A stretch of DNA of 62,299 nucleotides, filler included, from Choristocarpus tenellus KU-1152 (taxonomy: Eukaryota > Protista > Phaeophyceae), in NCBI GenBank assembly GCA_964200185.2. It is 9 parts of 9 records of this genome, joined end to end, with 100 filler letters (N's around TTAATTAATTAA, not from the genome) between each part and the next. Parts side by side here need not be neighbours in the genome. Positions count along the whole stretch, not along the records: positions 51,029 to 53,994 come from CAXNAD020023305.1; positions 54,095 to 58,620 come from CAXNAD020014149.1; positions 58,721 to 62,299 come from CAXNAD020019142.1; 6 more parts are not named here. One strand, 5' to 3'. Under the pieces are notes generated by a model, which had not been told where the DNA came from, ran no database searches, and worked only from the letters and a program-made list of their open reading frames with translations. The position numbers were made by a program, and so were the translations under genes. Positions 51,850 to 62,299 of this stretch are shown here, in pieces; position 1 is the first letter of the stretch; every line of letters starts with the position of its first letter.

Positions 51850-52156
51850 GAGCCAAAGTATCTTAATGGGTAGAGCCGCGTCCATTTGAAAAAAATAAAC
51901 AATGGTGGGTTTATTTGTGTATGTTTCTTGACATTTCTTGNNNNNNNNNNTAATCCAATGTTGCGATTTCGATGTAATTTTGGCTATCGTGTTTGTTAGG
52001 AAGTGTCAATATCCTTGTTCCCGACACACCTTTTCGTAACATATACTTTTACTTTGAAATATTTTCGAGTAGGAAATGTCATAAAAACCCCGAGGGAAGC
52101 CAAGCCCTAAATGGAAAAGCAGGGCAAAACTCGTACCCTCTAAGATACTTTCACTC
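51850..52156 (+). mobile_element. MITE family A, interrupted by unrelated sequence and a 10-N gap, TSD TGA
   Basis: tga|GAGCCAAAGTATCTTAATGGGTA...TACCCTCTAAGATACTTTCACTC|tga. Confidence 0.88.
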
Positions 52157-52933
52157 TGATAAAAAATATCTGCTGAACTACTTCATAAGGATTGAAATTA
52201 TATGTTGGAACTTCAAACCACAGTAACTAAAACATTTCCCGGAGAATACTACAATTTCTGCCCCCTTTGTCGAAGGTCTGTCCAAAACATTTGAATGTAT
52301 TACGATCCTTAGTATATTCTCCACTACTTTCATACATTCTAACATCAGGGTGAAGGTTTGGTTTATGTTTGATTTTCTTGTGAGTGGTTATAGAAGGATT
52401 GACTTTCCGCTTGGTTTTCGGGGGGATTATAAGGGTAAAAAAATAAATAAAATAAAAGAATAAGAACTCTAGATGTTGACTCTCTCGTGCTGACTTTGTC
52501 TATCGCCATGATTGAATATCAACCAAGAAGAGACTTGAGAGCATTCAGCCTTTCACACTCAATAAAAATACCTGTAATAGAGAACAAACTACTAAGTAGA
52601 GTCCAATTCATAACCCAGATCCCAATTGCACCTTAACATAGCCCATGGTTATATTTGTTTGCTCTAGGCCCTAATTTCCTACCTCAATTTTATTGCTCCT
52701 GTGTAAAATAGTCTGCACGTTCGCATTTTTTTCCGTGGGTACAGAAGGCTTTAAGATGTCCAGTTACTGACCAAATGTGAGAAATGTCAACTTCTATTTT
52801 TATCTTTTCTCTTAGTAAAGCTCCATTTATTTTCTGAAGGATTTGTTACCCCTTCAATCCACTAATTGGTTGCATTTTATCAAAACGTTATCAGTCTCGT
52901 TATTTATTTGTTTTATTTATTTTGTCCTTAAAA

Positions 52934-52985
52934 TTAGAGTTAAGGCTAGCGTGAGGGTTAGGTTAGGGTTAGGGTTAGGGTTAAG
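52934..52985. repeat. Interstitial telomere-like (TTAGGG)n
   Basis: gggttaggttagggttagggttagggttaag with degenerate upstream units. Confidence 0.8.
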
Positions 52986-53960
52986 ATTGGTATTATCTAT
53001 TCTACAGCTTTTATTGTTGCGATGTAAGAGGGGGTATTTGATATTCAATTTGACTTTCGCAAGAGATAATTCACAGGAGAGGTTACATAGTCAATTTTCT
53101 TGAGGTGTGGTGTATGAATTTATATTGATTAGCTTAAGGGTGCATACAGCAGTTAATCAACAATAGGCTTGAGGTAGGGCATGGAAGGGATAGTATATGT
53201 TTTAAAGAACCCTCTCTCCCTTCCAAAGTACTCCATACTTTTCAAGAAAATATATGCATTAATTGGCCCCTTTTGTTTCCCTTCCCTGCAATTAGCCATA
53301 ATCTGAGGTAGACACCTCACCAGTCTTTCCTCACCTGCAGTCGGGGTTGGGTTCCTGAGTTCCTATACATTGTGCGAGCCAAGGGTCGGAAATGATGGCG
53401 AGACACTTACACACACATGAACGCTGACAAGGGCTTGCAGCAAAATACTTTCCTTTGCCTCATACTACAAATGTATGCAAAGATAAGTGCGAAATGCAAA
53501 TACTCTCTCAGATGTCAAGGCCACACCAATAGAGACACCTGATTTTCGAGACTCACAGGTCTAACATTTCTGTCTTAAGCATACAAAGCGATCGGTCCAG
53601 ACCCATTCCGGAGGGGTGAATATGTTTCTAATACATGGAATTCCTTCCTTAGTTCAGACGATGGATGTGTGGAGATCTATTGATAGTGATTCACTTCAAT
53701 CATTGTTTTGAGGTATACTTTTTGAAGTTATTTTTACTAAGTTCTCATTTGTGTCAAAAAGAGCTAGCGGCATTTGTTTAACGGTTTGGGGTGAGTACAA
53801 ATTTGATTAGTTCACAAACGTTTGATGTACTCCGAGTATTCAGTTACAATAAAAAAATGTACGCAATGCAAAGCAACCACAGGAATCCCAGCAGAGTGTG
53901 AAAAACACATACACTTCAGGAAATAGTTGATCAAATCTATCCCCACGATTTTTGATGTTA

Positions 53961-53994
53961 GACCCAAAGTATCTGGTGGGGGGGAGTTATACAC
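53961..53994 (+). mobile_element. MITE family B terminus (contig edge)
   Basis: GACCCAAAGTATCTGGTGGGGGG. Confidence 0.8.
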
Positions 53995-54199
53995 NNNNNN
54001 NNNNNNNNNNNNNNNNNNNNNNNNNNNNNNNNNNNNNNTTAATTAATTAANNNNNNNNNNNNNNNNNNNNNNNNNNNNNNNNNNNNNNNNNNNNACACTG
54101 TTCTTCACGGAACGCAGACTAGAAAAGAGCAAGTCGCTCCATAGATCGATTCAACATCACGACCAAAAACCTAAAGATCACAGTCGCACCGCTTAAAAC

Positions 54200-54660
54200 C
54201 CACATGATACAAAAGTACTGCAGATGCACTTCGGGAAACTTGGACCCTTTGAGAGACTTTGCTTTCCCTACCCCCGGTCTCAAACGGAGTTGCTCCATGA
54301 TTTTATTTTCTTCAGCCCGGATTTTCCTCACCATCCGATGTTGAACTTTTCTGCGACGAAAGCGATTTTGAGCTTCTTGTTCTTGAGGTGGTCAAGCACT
54401 TCGGACTTCGTGTTCAATGTCAAGTTGGGCCACTTTGTTCCATGGCCCCTCCTGGAAGGGGCGCTAGATTTCTGCCCGCGGCTCCCAGCTGCAGCACCAG
54501 ACGAGCTACCGTTCAGCGAGCCGAGCAATGGAGCTGATAACAATGCGCCCTTGCCATCAGCGCCCGCGACTTGCTGCAGTGCCAAGCACTGCCCCTCACA
54601 CAAACCTTTGCAGTCATCGTCGAGTTCGGAATCCCTTACACCACATATACCATGGAGGTA
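54200..54660 (-). pseudogene. pogo/Tigger-like transposase N-terminus (CENP-B-type HTH), frameshifted
   Basis: LTLNTKSEVLDHLKNKKLKIAFVAEKFNIG, then a frameshift near 54335, then VRKIRAEENKI...KAKSLKGSKFPE. This fits the CENP-B/pipsqueak HTH pattern LT+..K.++......+A.KF.+G...+..I. Confidence 0.7.
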
Positions 54661-56011
54661 CCCACCGCACTTATGGCACTACTTGTAGATTGTGTAGAAA
54701 GGCGGACCCGGTGTGTTTGAAGGCATCTTGCAGTGGTTTCCCGCTGCATGGCTTATGGCATGGCTTCCACTTTATTCCCCTACCAGCAACTTACTGTACT
54801 GCTGTATGGTAGCATGACTAAGGAAGAACGGCACTTTTCACGAGAAATATTTACGCACGCGCCAAACTCGCGTGAATATCTCTGGGATTTTGTGCCAAAT
54901 CATCCGAATACGAGATCTCCGGTACAAAATCCATTTCTTGAGCATGTCGAAAAAAGCGGTACAAAATTGAATATTTGGCCCAAAATAGGGTAAAGAGGCT
55001 GGAAGGAAGTAAGACAGTACATTAGAAAATCCGCTTCTATGAATGATGATGATCCCTCAATAATCGAAGAGTCTAGCTTTGGGGTATTAAAGCATGGCAC
55101 AAAAGAAACATATCTCCTTGATGTGTTTGAGATCCCATTACAAAATCAGAATACATATCTCAAAATTGAGACGGGATGTGTACCTTAAACGTCTAATATT
55201 TTCTTTTTTGTACAGATATATATGAGTGAACATAAATGAAAGAGCACTTTTTCGCCTGGTTCATCGAACCTTATCCCACCTTCAGGGCGAAAAAACTGAA
55301 GCTGGCCCCTTCCCTCCCAGTTTTCTTGGGGCAAATGCTGTAAACTTAAAGTTCAACCATTCTGGAGAGTTTTTTTGCAAAATAATTGTAGACACTTCAA
55401 AGTCTTTTGCTGTGAAAGGCAATTATCTTGGAAGACTTTCCTGCCACACTCACAATCTGAGATACCCGTGGGACCACCCAAGCTTCCCTTCCTCATTGAC
55501 CTCCACTGTACTATTCTCTGCTTCAAGTAGGTCATTGGTTAGGGGTCAATCCTCCCCTTCGCCTTCCACTGACCTATCGGAGACTTTCTACCAGCTGGTA
55601 GAGATCGTTCAAGGTCCTTCCAATGTTGAACTTTGTAATAATATGCGAGACATATTCACTAGTCAAGTCTCCAATAGCTCCCTCAATAATTAGGAGTCTC
55701 TCTCCCATGTCGAGAACCATGGTTGCATCCACTCCTTCATCATCCCCACCTCGATCGCTAGTCTTTGCCTCTTTCCTTGAATGTTCTGAATGCATCTCCA
55801 TCACCCTACTTAAATTATTTCAACTCCAGAACTCTTCCTTAGCTCACCCTCCTCCTCCCCTCTGTGGTACTCTTCCTTCCCCATTGACCACCAACTTCTC
55901 TGCTTTCACATTGATGCACCTCCTAGTTGTTCTCTCACTATATTCCAACCCTTTTCAAACTTTAACCTGGAAGTGTTGAACCCTGTACTTAGGTTTGTAG
56001 TAAATTCGTAA

Positions 56012-56470
56012 TTTTTGGACCCTGGCTTGGTCTTGAAGTCTGTCCAGATGTTTTGGACCGTGGCTGGTTCTGCAGTCAGTCCGAGAGTGTGGGACCCTGT
56101 GGTTGTTCCTACAGTCAGTCCGTATTTCTGGATGATCTGTTGGTCGTGCAGTCCAGATGTTCTGGTTCGTATAGCTGGTCCTACTGTGTACCCAGCTGGT
56201 TTGGACCCTGTAGTTGGTCCTACAATCAGTCCAGATACGTTAGACCATATGGTTGATCCTACAATTGATCGGGAGGTTTTAGGCCCTGTGGTTGGTCCTG
56301 CAGTTAGTGCGGAAGTTTTGGACCCGGTGGTTTATTCACTAACGTATCAGTTGTCCATTATTTTTACATGCAATCATGCGAATTATGTTCCTGTAGTGGT
56401 GACAAAGAATTTGGATCCAATAGTTTTGTGCAAATATTTCGGGCTTTGTGGGTGGTACTGGTCAGTCAGT
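56012..56470. repeat. 39-bp degenerate tandem repeat (TTGGACCCTGTGGTTGGTCCTACAGTCAGTCCAGATGTT-like)
   Basis: Consecutive 39-nt units at 56201, 56240, 56279 and 56318, with decayed units on both sides. Reads LDPVVGPTVSPDV-like on the + strand. Confidence 0.85.
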
Positions 56471-58179
56471 TGGCACGGTTGGTCTATATGATATGGTTGT
56501 AAGATTTGAAGAGACACCAAACCAGTGGAATGTATGTCAAAATCTGGCGTTGGTCACGTGCATTACCAGAAGTATGTTTAAAAATATCTGATAGAACTGC
56601 CTCAAACGGAGCGGTTGAAGTATTAGAATCGAAAATTAGTACTATGTGGTTGGTCCCCACAAAGGTTGCAAAGGTTTGGGACCCTAAAGTTGGAACAGGT
56701 TCAGGATTGTCAGGTATCACAACGAGTTCAACTACTGTAGTCTGGGGCAGTTCGTTCCCCATGGGGACAAAGAGAGATATTTTCGAAAAAGTCGAAGGTC
56801 AAACGTTGGAGTGGACTAATCGATCACGAAAAAATAGGATAGGTATAGGTGACTGAAGATAATCCCAGGTACAACACCAGATCGGTTGCAGATGATGCCA
56901 GGAGGTATGGGGGAGGTAGTAAGAGAGTTAAATGGAGGATTGCTTGCTCCATGCCTAGATGGGCAAAGGGTTAAAGCATATTTTTGGGGTGTAAGCGCAT
57001 GTCCAGAGATTGATAGATAGGTGTTAGTTGCAGACAACGTAGTACCTAATCCAATTATGGGACAAGGAAACTTATATGCAGTGCTACGCTTACCACTGTT
57101 TGATGAATGCTTCTTTCTCATCGTCTCGGAATTCTTGGGTTGATTATTTGGGCTGCCTTTGTTTGCATGGTGAGTGGACGTATACATTACATGCTTCTAT
57201 GAAGTGGAGAATCGTCTCTCACCAGGAACATACACCTTTATGTTAAGTAACCGCTATTTTGATCCAATACTCTCAGACCCTGCTTAAGCGTGATTGCTAT
57301 GCTGACATCATTTATTATGAACCTCATAATTGGTGCCTCGGAGTGTGTGTTTATCCTAATCAGACACTAATTAATATCACATTCATGTTGAAGATGCTTA
57401 ATATATTAATTAAATATTTATTTTTGTCAAAGAAAGGAATCGTGTAGTATGGTGAATGATACAATTAATAGTCTTTGTGTAGTATGTTCACAGTTATCCT
57501 CGTTTCCCATTTTGCGCCAAGTGTACTAATTTTTTGACCTCAAAATATGCATTGCACGCTAATGTTTAAGCATGGCGATGAACTCGACAGTTTAGAAAAA
57601 AGGGGTAGTAATGTGGAAAGAAGAGTCGCCCGTTGTCACCTTTCATTACCAAACCACTTAAACTCGAGTCTTCAGATCCCGAAGAGTCCCTCCAAAACTA
57701 TTATTATTATTGATGCCAGCAAGTTCTCTTTGCAGAAGTCAATCCTTGTGAAGTTACCCTCTCGGGAATCCCCCAATCCGGACGCTTTGTCAGTTAATCG
57801 TTTCCGTTCTAACCTGACCACTTTTGTCCTGATCTGCATCGTAGTTCTTCTAGTCTTCTTGTCAGCAACAAAACCACCAGTCCTTGTCCAGCCTCCTCCA
57901 CCTCATCCACGCACCTATGGTCAATCTCCATCTTGCTTGGTGAATGAATCTTTTCACCATCCTTGTCTGAGTGAACCTCCCTGCCTTGAGGTTCGCACTA
58001 GCCATACACATAGTACATACTGTGCATATTCAAGACTAAAAAAGGGGAATCAATTCTTCAATAATAACACATAAATTAACGTAACAAATTTGTTGTTCTA
58101 TTATTTTACTACTGCTATGATACTTCTATTTTATTACACCTAATTGTGTGTGTGAGATCCGACACCCCCACAAGACCGA

Positions 58180-58422
58180 GAGTCAAAGTAAACGAGAGGT
58201 ACCTATAGTTGCATTATAAGGATGCTTACAAATATGTACAAAATCCGCTTTTTTTACAAAATCGTACAGGACTTGCACAGATTAATATATATATAAACAC
58301 TATCAAGTAAACTTAGGACTTCATCATCATCAGTAGAAATATGGGTGAATTGCTATAGATTGAACAAACTGGCTTAATATGTAAACCAACTAAAACCTGG
58401 GTACCTCTCGTTTACTTGGCTC
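58180..58422. mobile_element. MITE family C (243 bp)
   Basis: TIRs GAGTCAAAGTAAACGAGAGGTACC and GGTACCTCTCGTTTAC-TTGGCTC. Flanks cga/aga (one mismatch). Confidence 0.88.
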
Positions 58423-58552
58423 AGAGCACTATTGTATCTGCAAGAATTAACCAAAGACATGCACGATGAGCAAGTGTTCCTTTATTTAGCTGTGTTTCAA
58501 AATAGGTTTTTCTCATGTTGTAGTGGAATATGACTACTACTACTACTGCTAT

Positions 58553-58620
58553 GGGTCAAAGTATCTTGGGGGGGGTGTCGGCGTCCGTTTTTCACCCTTT
58601 TTTCGATTTTCACTTTTTTG
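58553..58620 (+). mobile_element. MITE family B-related terminus (contig edge)
   Basis: GGGTCAAAGTATCTTGGGGGGGGTGTCGGCGTCCGTTT. Confidence 0.8.
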
Positions 58621-58744
58621 NNNNNNNNNNNNNNNNNNNNNNNNNNNNNNNNNNNNNNNNNNNNTTAATTAATTAANNNNNNNNNNNNNNNNNNNNNNNN
58701 NNNNNNNNNNNNNNNNNNNNTTGGAAGTGACCTTTTAGTTTATG

Positions 58745-59520
58745 GAAATTGGAAACGTTTGAGACCCATAAAGTGCGTGCTTGGTATTTTCAAAAATGGT
58801 AAGAACGGTTATTACTGGATTTACTATTTCTAAAAATCCTCATGCACATGTTTTGGGTGTCTTTGAGTTTCGAAGAACCAAATGACACTTCAATATTCAA
58901 ATAATCCCTTTTTGTCGTCTGTACAGTTTTTAAGAATGCATATGTCCAACAATCTAAGATTGTGTATTTCAAAAAATTAGAGGGTGCCACTTTTTGTTGA
59001 CCTTTTGGATTCTGAATATTGGAAACGTACGAGATCAATGAAGTATGTGCTTTGTATTTAAAAAAAATTGTAAATACGGGTATAATCTTTTTACAACTTC
59101 CGTAAAACAAATTGTAAGATTTTCAGGATCATGGATCTCAGGATGGGTCCAATGAATCTCCCGAAGCACAAACAAAGTTGGTTTCTGAACATTGGAAACG
59201 TGTAAGATCAATTAAGTATGTGATTTGTATTTACAAATCACGGATATAATCGGATTTACAACTTCCGAAAAAAAGTAATGCACGGATTTTCAGGATCATG
59301 GATCTCAGGGTGATCCCACTGATAGCCCGAGGTTCCAACAAAGTTGGTTTCGGAACATTGGAAACGTACAATATCAATGAAGTATGTTATTTGTATTTAA
59401 AGATACAAATCACATACTATATTCGGATTTTCAACTTCCAAAATGCGTAATGCACGGATTTTCAGGATGATGGATCTCAGGGTGGCCCCACCGATCGCCC
59501 GGGGCTCAAACAAAGTTCGT
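58745..59520 (+). repeat. ~170-bp tandem repeat, 3 clear copies plus one decayed
   Basis: GGAAACGT..GATCAAT.AAGTATGTG at ~59021, ~59194 and ~59360 (decayed at ~58751). The three clear units each contain GATTTTCAGGAT.ATGGATCTCAGG and ACAAAGTT. Confidence 0.9.
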
Positions 59521-59659
59521 ACGCACGGCTTCGAATCTAATTACTCCTAGACCTCACTGCCCAAGACCGCCTATTGCCCGAAAACACCGTGACAGTTGCT
59601 TCCACGGCAAGGGGGTGACTTTTGTCGCCTGCGTCTCCCCCTGTGTTGCCCCCTCACCA

Positions 59660-62049
59660 ACCCACCAACAATGATACACTGGAGCTTTCAACCAATTACG
59701 CTTCAGCGACCGGCACCAAGCTTCGCCGAGGATGAGCTGAACCCATCCCTGTCAAGGAACAGAGTGACTGCTGCAAGCGCTTAGCCTGTGTGAAGAAGTT
59801 CGCGGCAGATGGCGAATCCTTCCTTGCACGCACGTTGGCCAAGGAGCAGGACATCATCCGGGCGTGTGAGAACTGCCGCGATCGCAAGCACTTCGTTGGC
59901 GACCGTGTACCTGTGATTAAGTTGGGGCCTAGAGGTGGACCTATGCTCGTGGCCGGCATTCCCGTTTGTACACGGTTTTGCAAGGCATCGTTCGGGATAT
60001 CCAATCATGTCATCGACGCTTGCAAAGGCACACCTAACGCAAGAGCATCCACCAGCGTGGATAGGTGGGTTTGATGTATGTACACGGTGTTACTTACGCC
60101 CGGTATATTTTCCACCCTGNNNNNNNNNNTATCTGAGAACAATGTCATCCGACCATACTTACCATATTCACTTTGCAGTTACCATGCCTAGATGTCCGAT
60201 ATACAAAGTTAGAGATCCCTCCAGCATGGAGTAATGTGTTACCTATGTGTGTATGTACACGTGCGATATGTTTTTTTATGCTTCAACAATAATATCTCAT
60301 CCGGCCGTCCCCGCGCTGCTGCAGCTGTCACCACGCGTAAATATCTACAGAATTAGAGATCCGCTACTGGCATACGATCCTTCTGGGATTCCATCCCCCG
60401 TCCCTCGTATCCACCTCTAACACATCTCCCATCCCTTTATATACATACGTGCGCTACTACAATAGGAACGGCACGAGCAAAGATAAGGACATGGATCTGA
60501 AGTGAGACCTGGTGATGTCCTGGATAGACTACTAGGCTGATGCATACGGGCAGTTCATGCCTCACAAGTCCACAATTGTGATCTACGCCGCGAACAAACA
60601 GGTAGGTTTTGCCCTTAGTTGTGGAGAGGTTGGCCGCACCCTGAGTTGGAGGATGTTCATTACATGGACCGGTCTGATATTAAGGTTCAAAGAACATGTG
60701 AAGATTCGTACCAAGGACTATTTTTTTCGTTTGCTATGTCGAGACTACAATGTTGATGATGATACTCTTCGTCGCTTTTACGAAGGAAGGCACAGTAACT
60801 GTTATTTTGACGCCGTGTATACATACTCTGCAGCCCCTTTCCCGGTCTGACATTGGTAGGAAAAGTGTATACTTCGTGTGTCTAAAGCGTTTCGCAATTA
60901 TGATGATTATGATGGTATATTCGCCTCCTTTGCCGCTTCTGTAAACGGCAGCAAGGCCCGAACAGAATGACGCTCATGGCAGATTTACGAAGATCATTGT
61001 ATTTGCTCTTTTGTAACGCACAATGTAAGCTTGCTTGATCCTGTCTTCCGCGTTCTCAGTCAAGTTATTGGTCAGCCCGCCTCCGAGAGATCATCCAGGG
61101 GTGTTCTTCGAGTGTTCCTTCTCAATAACTCCTCACTTGCCCACACAACCAACATTTTTAATTAGGAGCTATACAAGGATTATTGCAAAGAGGCAATACG
61201 GGTGTATCCTGACGACCATTCCAAGCGGGTAAGCAGGGCGCACTTCCTCCGGTTGCTCGGAGAGGTCAGGGTGAGGGTAGGAGGCGAGTTTATTAGATGT
61301 GACATATGTGTCACCTTAAAAGAGAAGTGGGGCACGGTGCGCCTGGTGCAAAACCCACGAACAACTCCACCGTCCTCGAGTCCATCGATAAGGAGCTGTC
61401 AGACCATCGAGAGCTATGTGCCCAGCGTTAATTTTGCAATAAGCGTACAGTGGCAACATGTCGCCTTCATTGCCCTCCATTTTGAAGAACATCTGTTTCC
61501 GTTTGCGAATGAAGACTCCCACGCAGGTGCTAATGGCAGCAGCCTAACTCTCACCGCAAAAACGTTCTTATTACCTGCCCACACACGTTGTATGATAGAC
61601 TGCTTCCTGGTCGTGTACAACGGGATGTAGGAGGGACAGGTACTGCAGCGGCTTCTCAGGCCCCATACGTACGTGCTTCCGACAATCCCGATAATACTGT
61701 GTTTGTATTGAACGCAGCATTAAAAAACATATCCAAAGACAAACATTTATTGTTACCTACACTCCATTTTGTTACTAACCTGATACGTGTTAACAAGTGG
61801 CCATTTTTTTTTAACTCTGAGCAGATTTATTTGATTTACAGACGTGATGTTGCTCTCCCCTATTCGCCAGATTGTCCAAGCGGATCAGCTGCTCATCGCC
61901 AATATCACAAGCAGTGCCATGCGGGCCAAAGCCGACGGCAAACCTCTCGGCTTCGTGTTCATGTCCGTAGACGCCGCGAACCAGACAGCACACGCCCTCT
62001 CAGCACACGCCCTCCCAGCACTTTACCCACCTACCCACGGCGGTGACAG
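59660..62049 (+). pseudogene. Intron-containing Sola-like DDE transposase gene with in-frame stops, 3'-truncated
   Basis: Exons ~59660-60064, 60466-60601, 61166-~61410, 61871-62049; the first two junctions are phase-consistent. Motifs CCKRLAC, VAGIPVCTRFCKASFGIS, SWIDY*ADAYGQFMP, ELYKDY...VSRAHFLRLL...FIRCDIC and FMSVDAANQ...LP occur in the order recalled for Sola-type transposases. Confidence 0.7.
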
Positions 62050-62276
62050 GTAACCACACGCACACATAGTCCATCTGACAACAAGTCTGCAGCCGCACAC
62101 AGAACAGAATAGACGACCCTGTTTTATTCTACGAATGAGTGCAAAGTCCCAAGAAATAATCGCCAAAACAGACTCACATAATTCCACTACCTATTCCTGT
62201 CGTCATGATGACGACGCACCGTAGAACCTTTCTTTACACGATTCTTTTATTCATGTCCTTCTTATCAGGGGCTACT

Positions 62277-62299
62277 GACCCAAAGTATCTGGGAGGGGG
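62277..62299 (+). mobile_element. MITE family B terminus at window end
   Basis: GACCCAAAGTATCTGGGAGGGGG. Confidence 0.8.

Noticed and set aside
42287-52226. Recurring small ORFs MLGS(I/V)NILV...YPLRYFHS (42287, 43328, 45581, 51993; also 25248)
   Set aside because: Translations of MITE family A starting at non-ATG codons; not a gene family.
53330-53410. Possible small minus-strand exon ending CAG|GTGAGG
   Set aside because: Isolated, frame undetermined, no recognisable product.
56012-56470. CRISPR-like periodicity
   Set aside because: Head-to-tail degenerate units without unique spacers, no cas genes, eukaryotic context.

Overview
Eukaryotic, intron-rich, transposon-littered DNA. It is probably a photosynthetic stramenopile of the brown-algal type; this is inferred from gene structure, kinase family and TTAGGG repeats, not proven. 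The window is not one locus. It is nine contigs joined by artificial 100-nt linkers (N44-TTAATTAATTAA-N44), so neighbours across a linker are not necessarily linked in the genome. Host genes: an orphan multi-exon low-complexity/coiled-coil gene (4908-14582 +), a complete 10-exon TKL-like protein kinase (19832-24845 +), a 3'-truncated ELO/GNS1-SUR4 fatty-acid elongase (-), the large final exon of a PKA catalytic subunit (-), and an exon that looks like BBS7 (-). The most striking structure is three related short non-autonomous DNA-transposon (MITE) families. They share a G-N3-(C/G)-AAAGTA terminal motif and make 3-bp target duplications. One copy is nested inside the terminal repeat of another, and copies sit at most contig breaks. 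The last contig holds an intron-containing, stop-disrupted Sola-like DDE transposase gene preceded by ~170-bp tandem repeats. Relics of RTE-type LINEs, a pogo/Tigger-like transposase, gypsy-like LTR elements and a possible RLE-type non-LTR element are also present.
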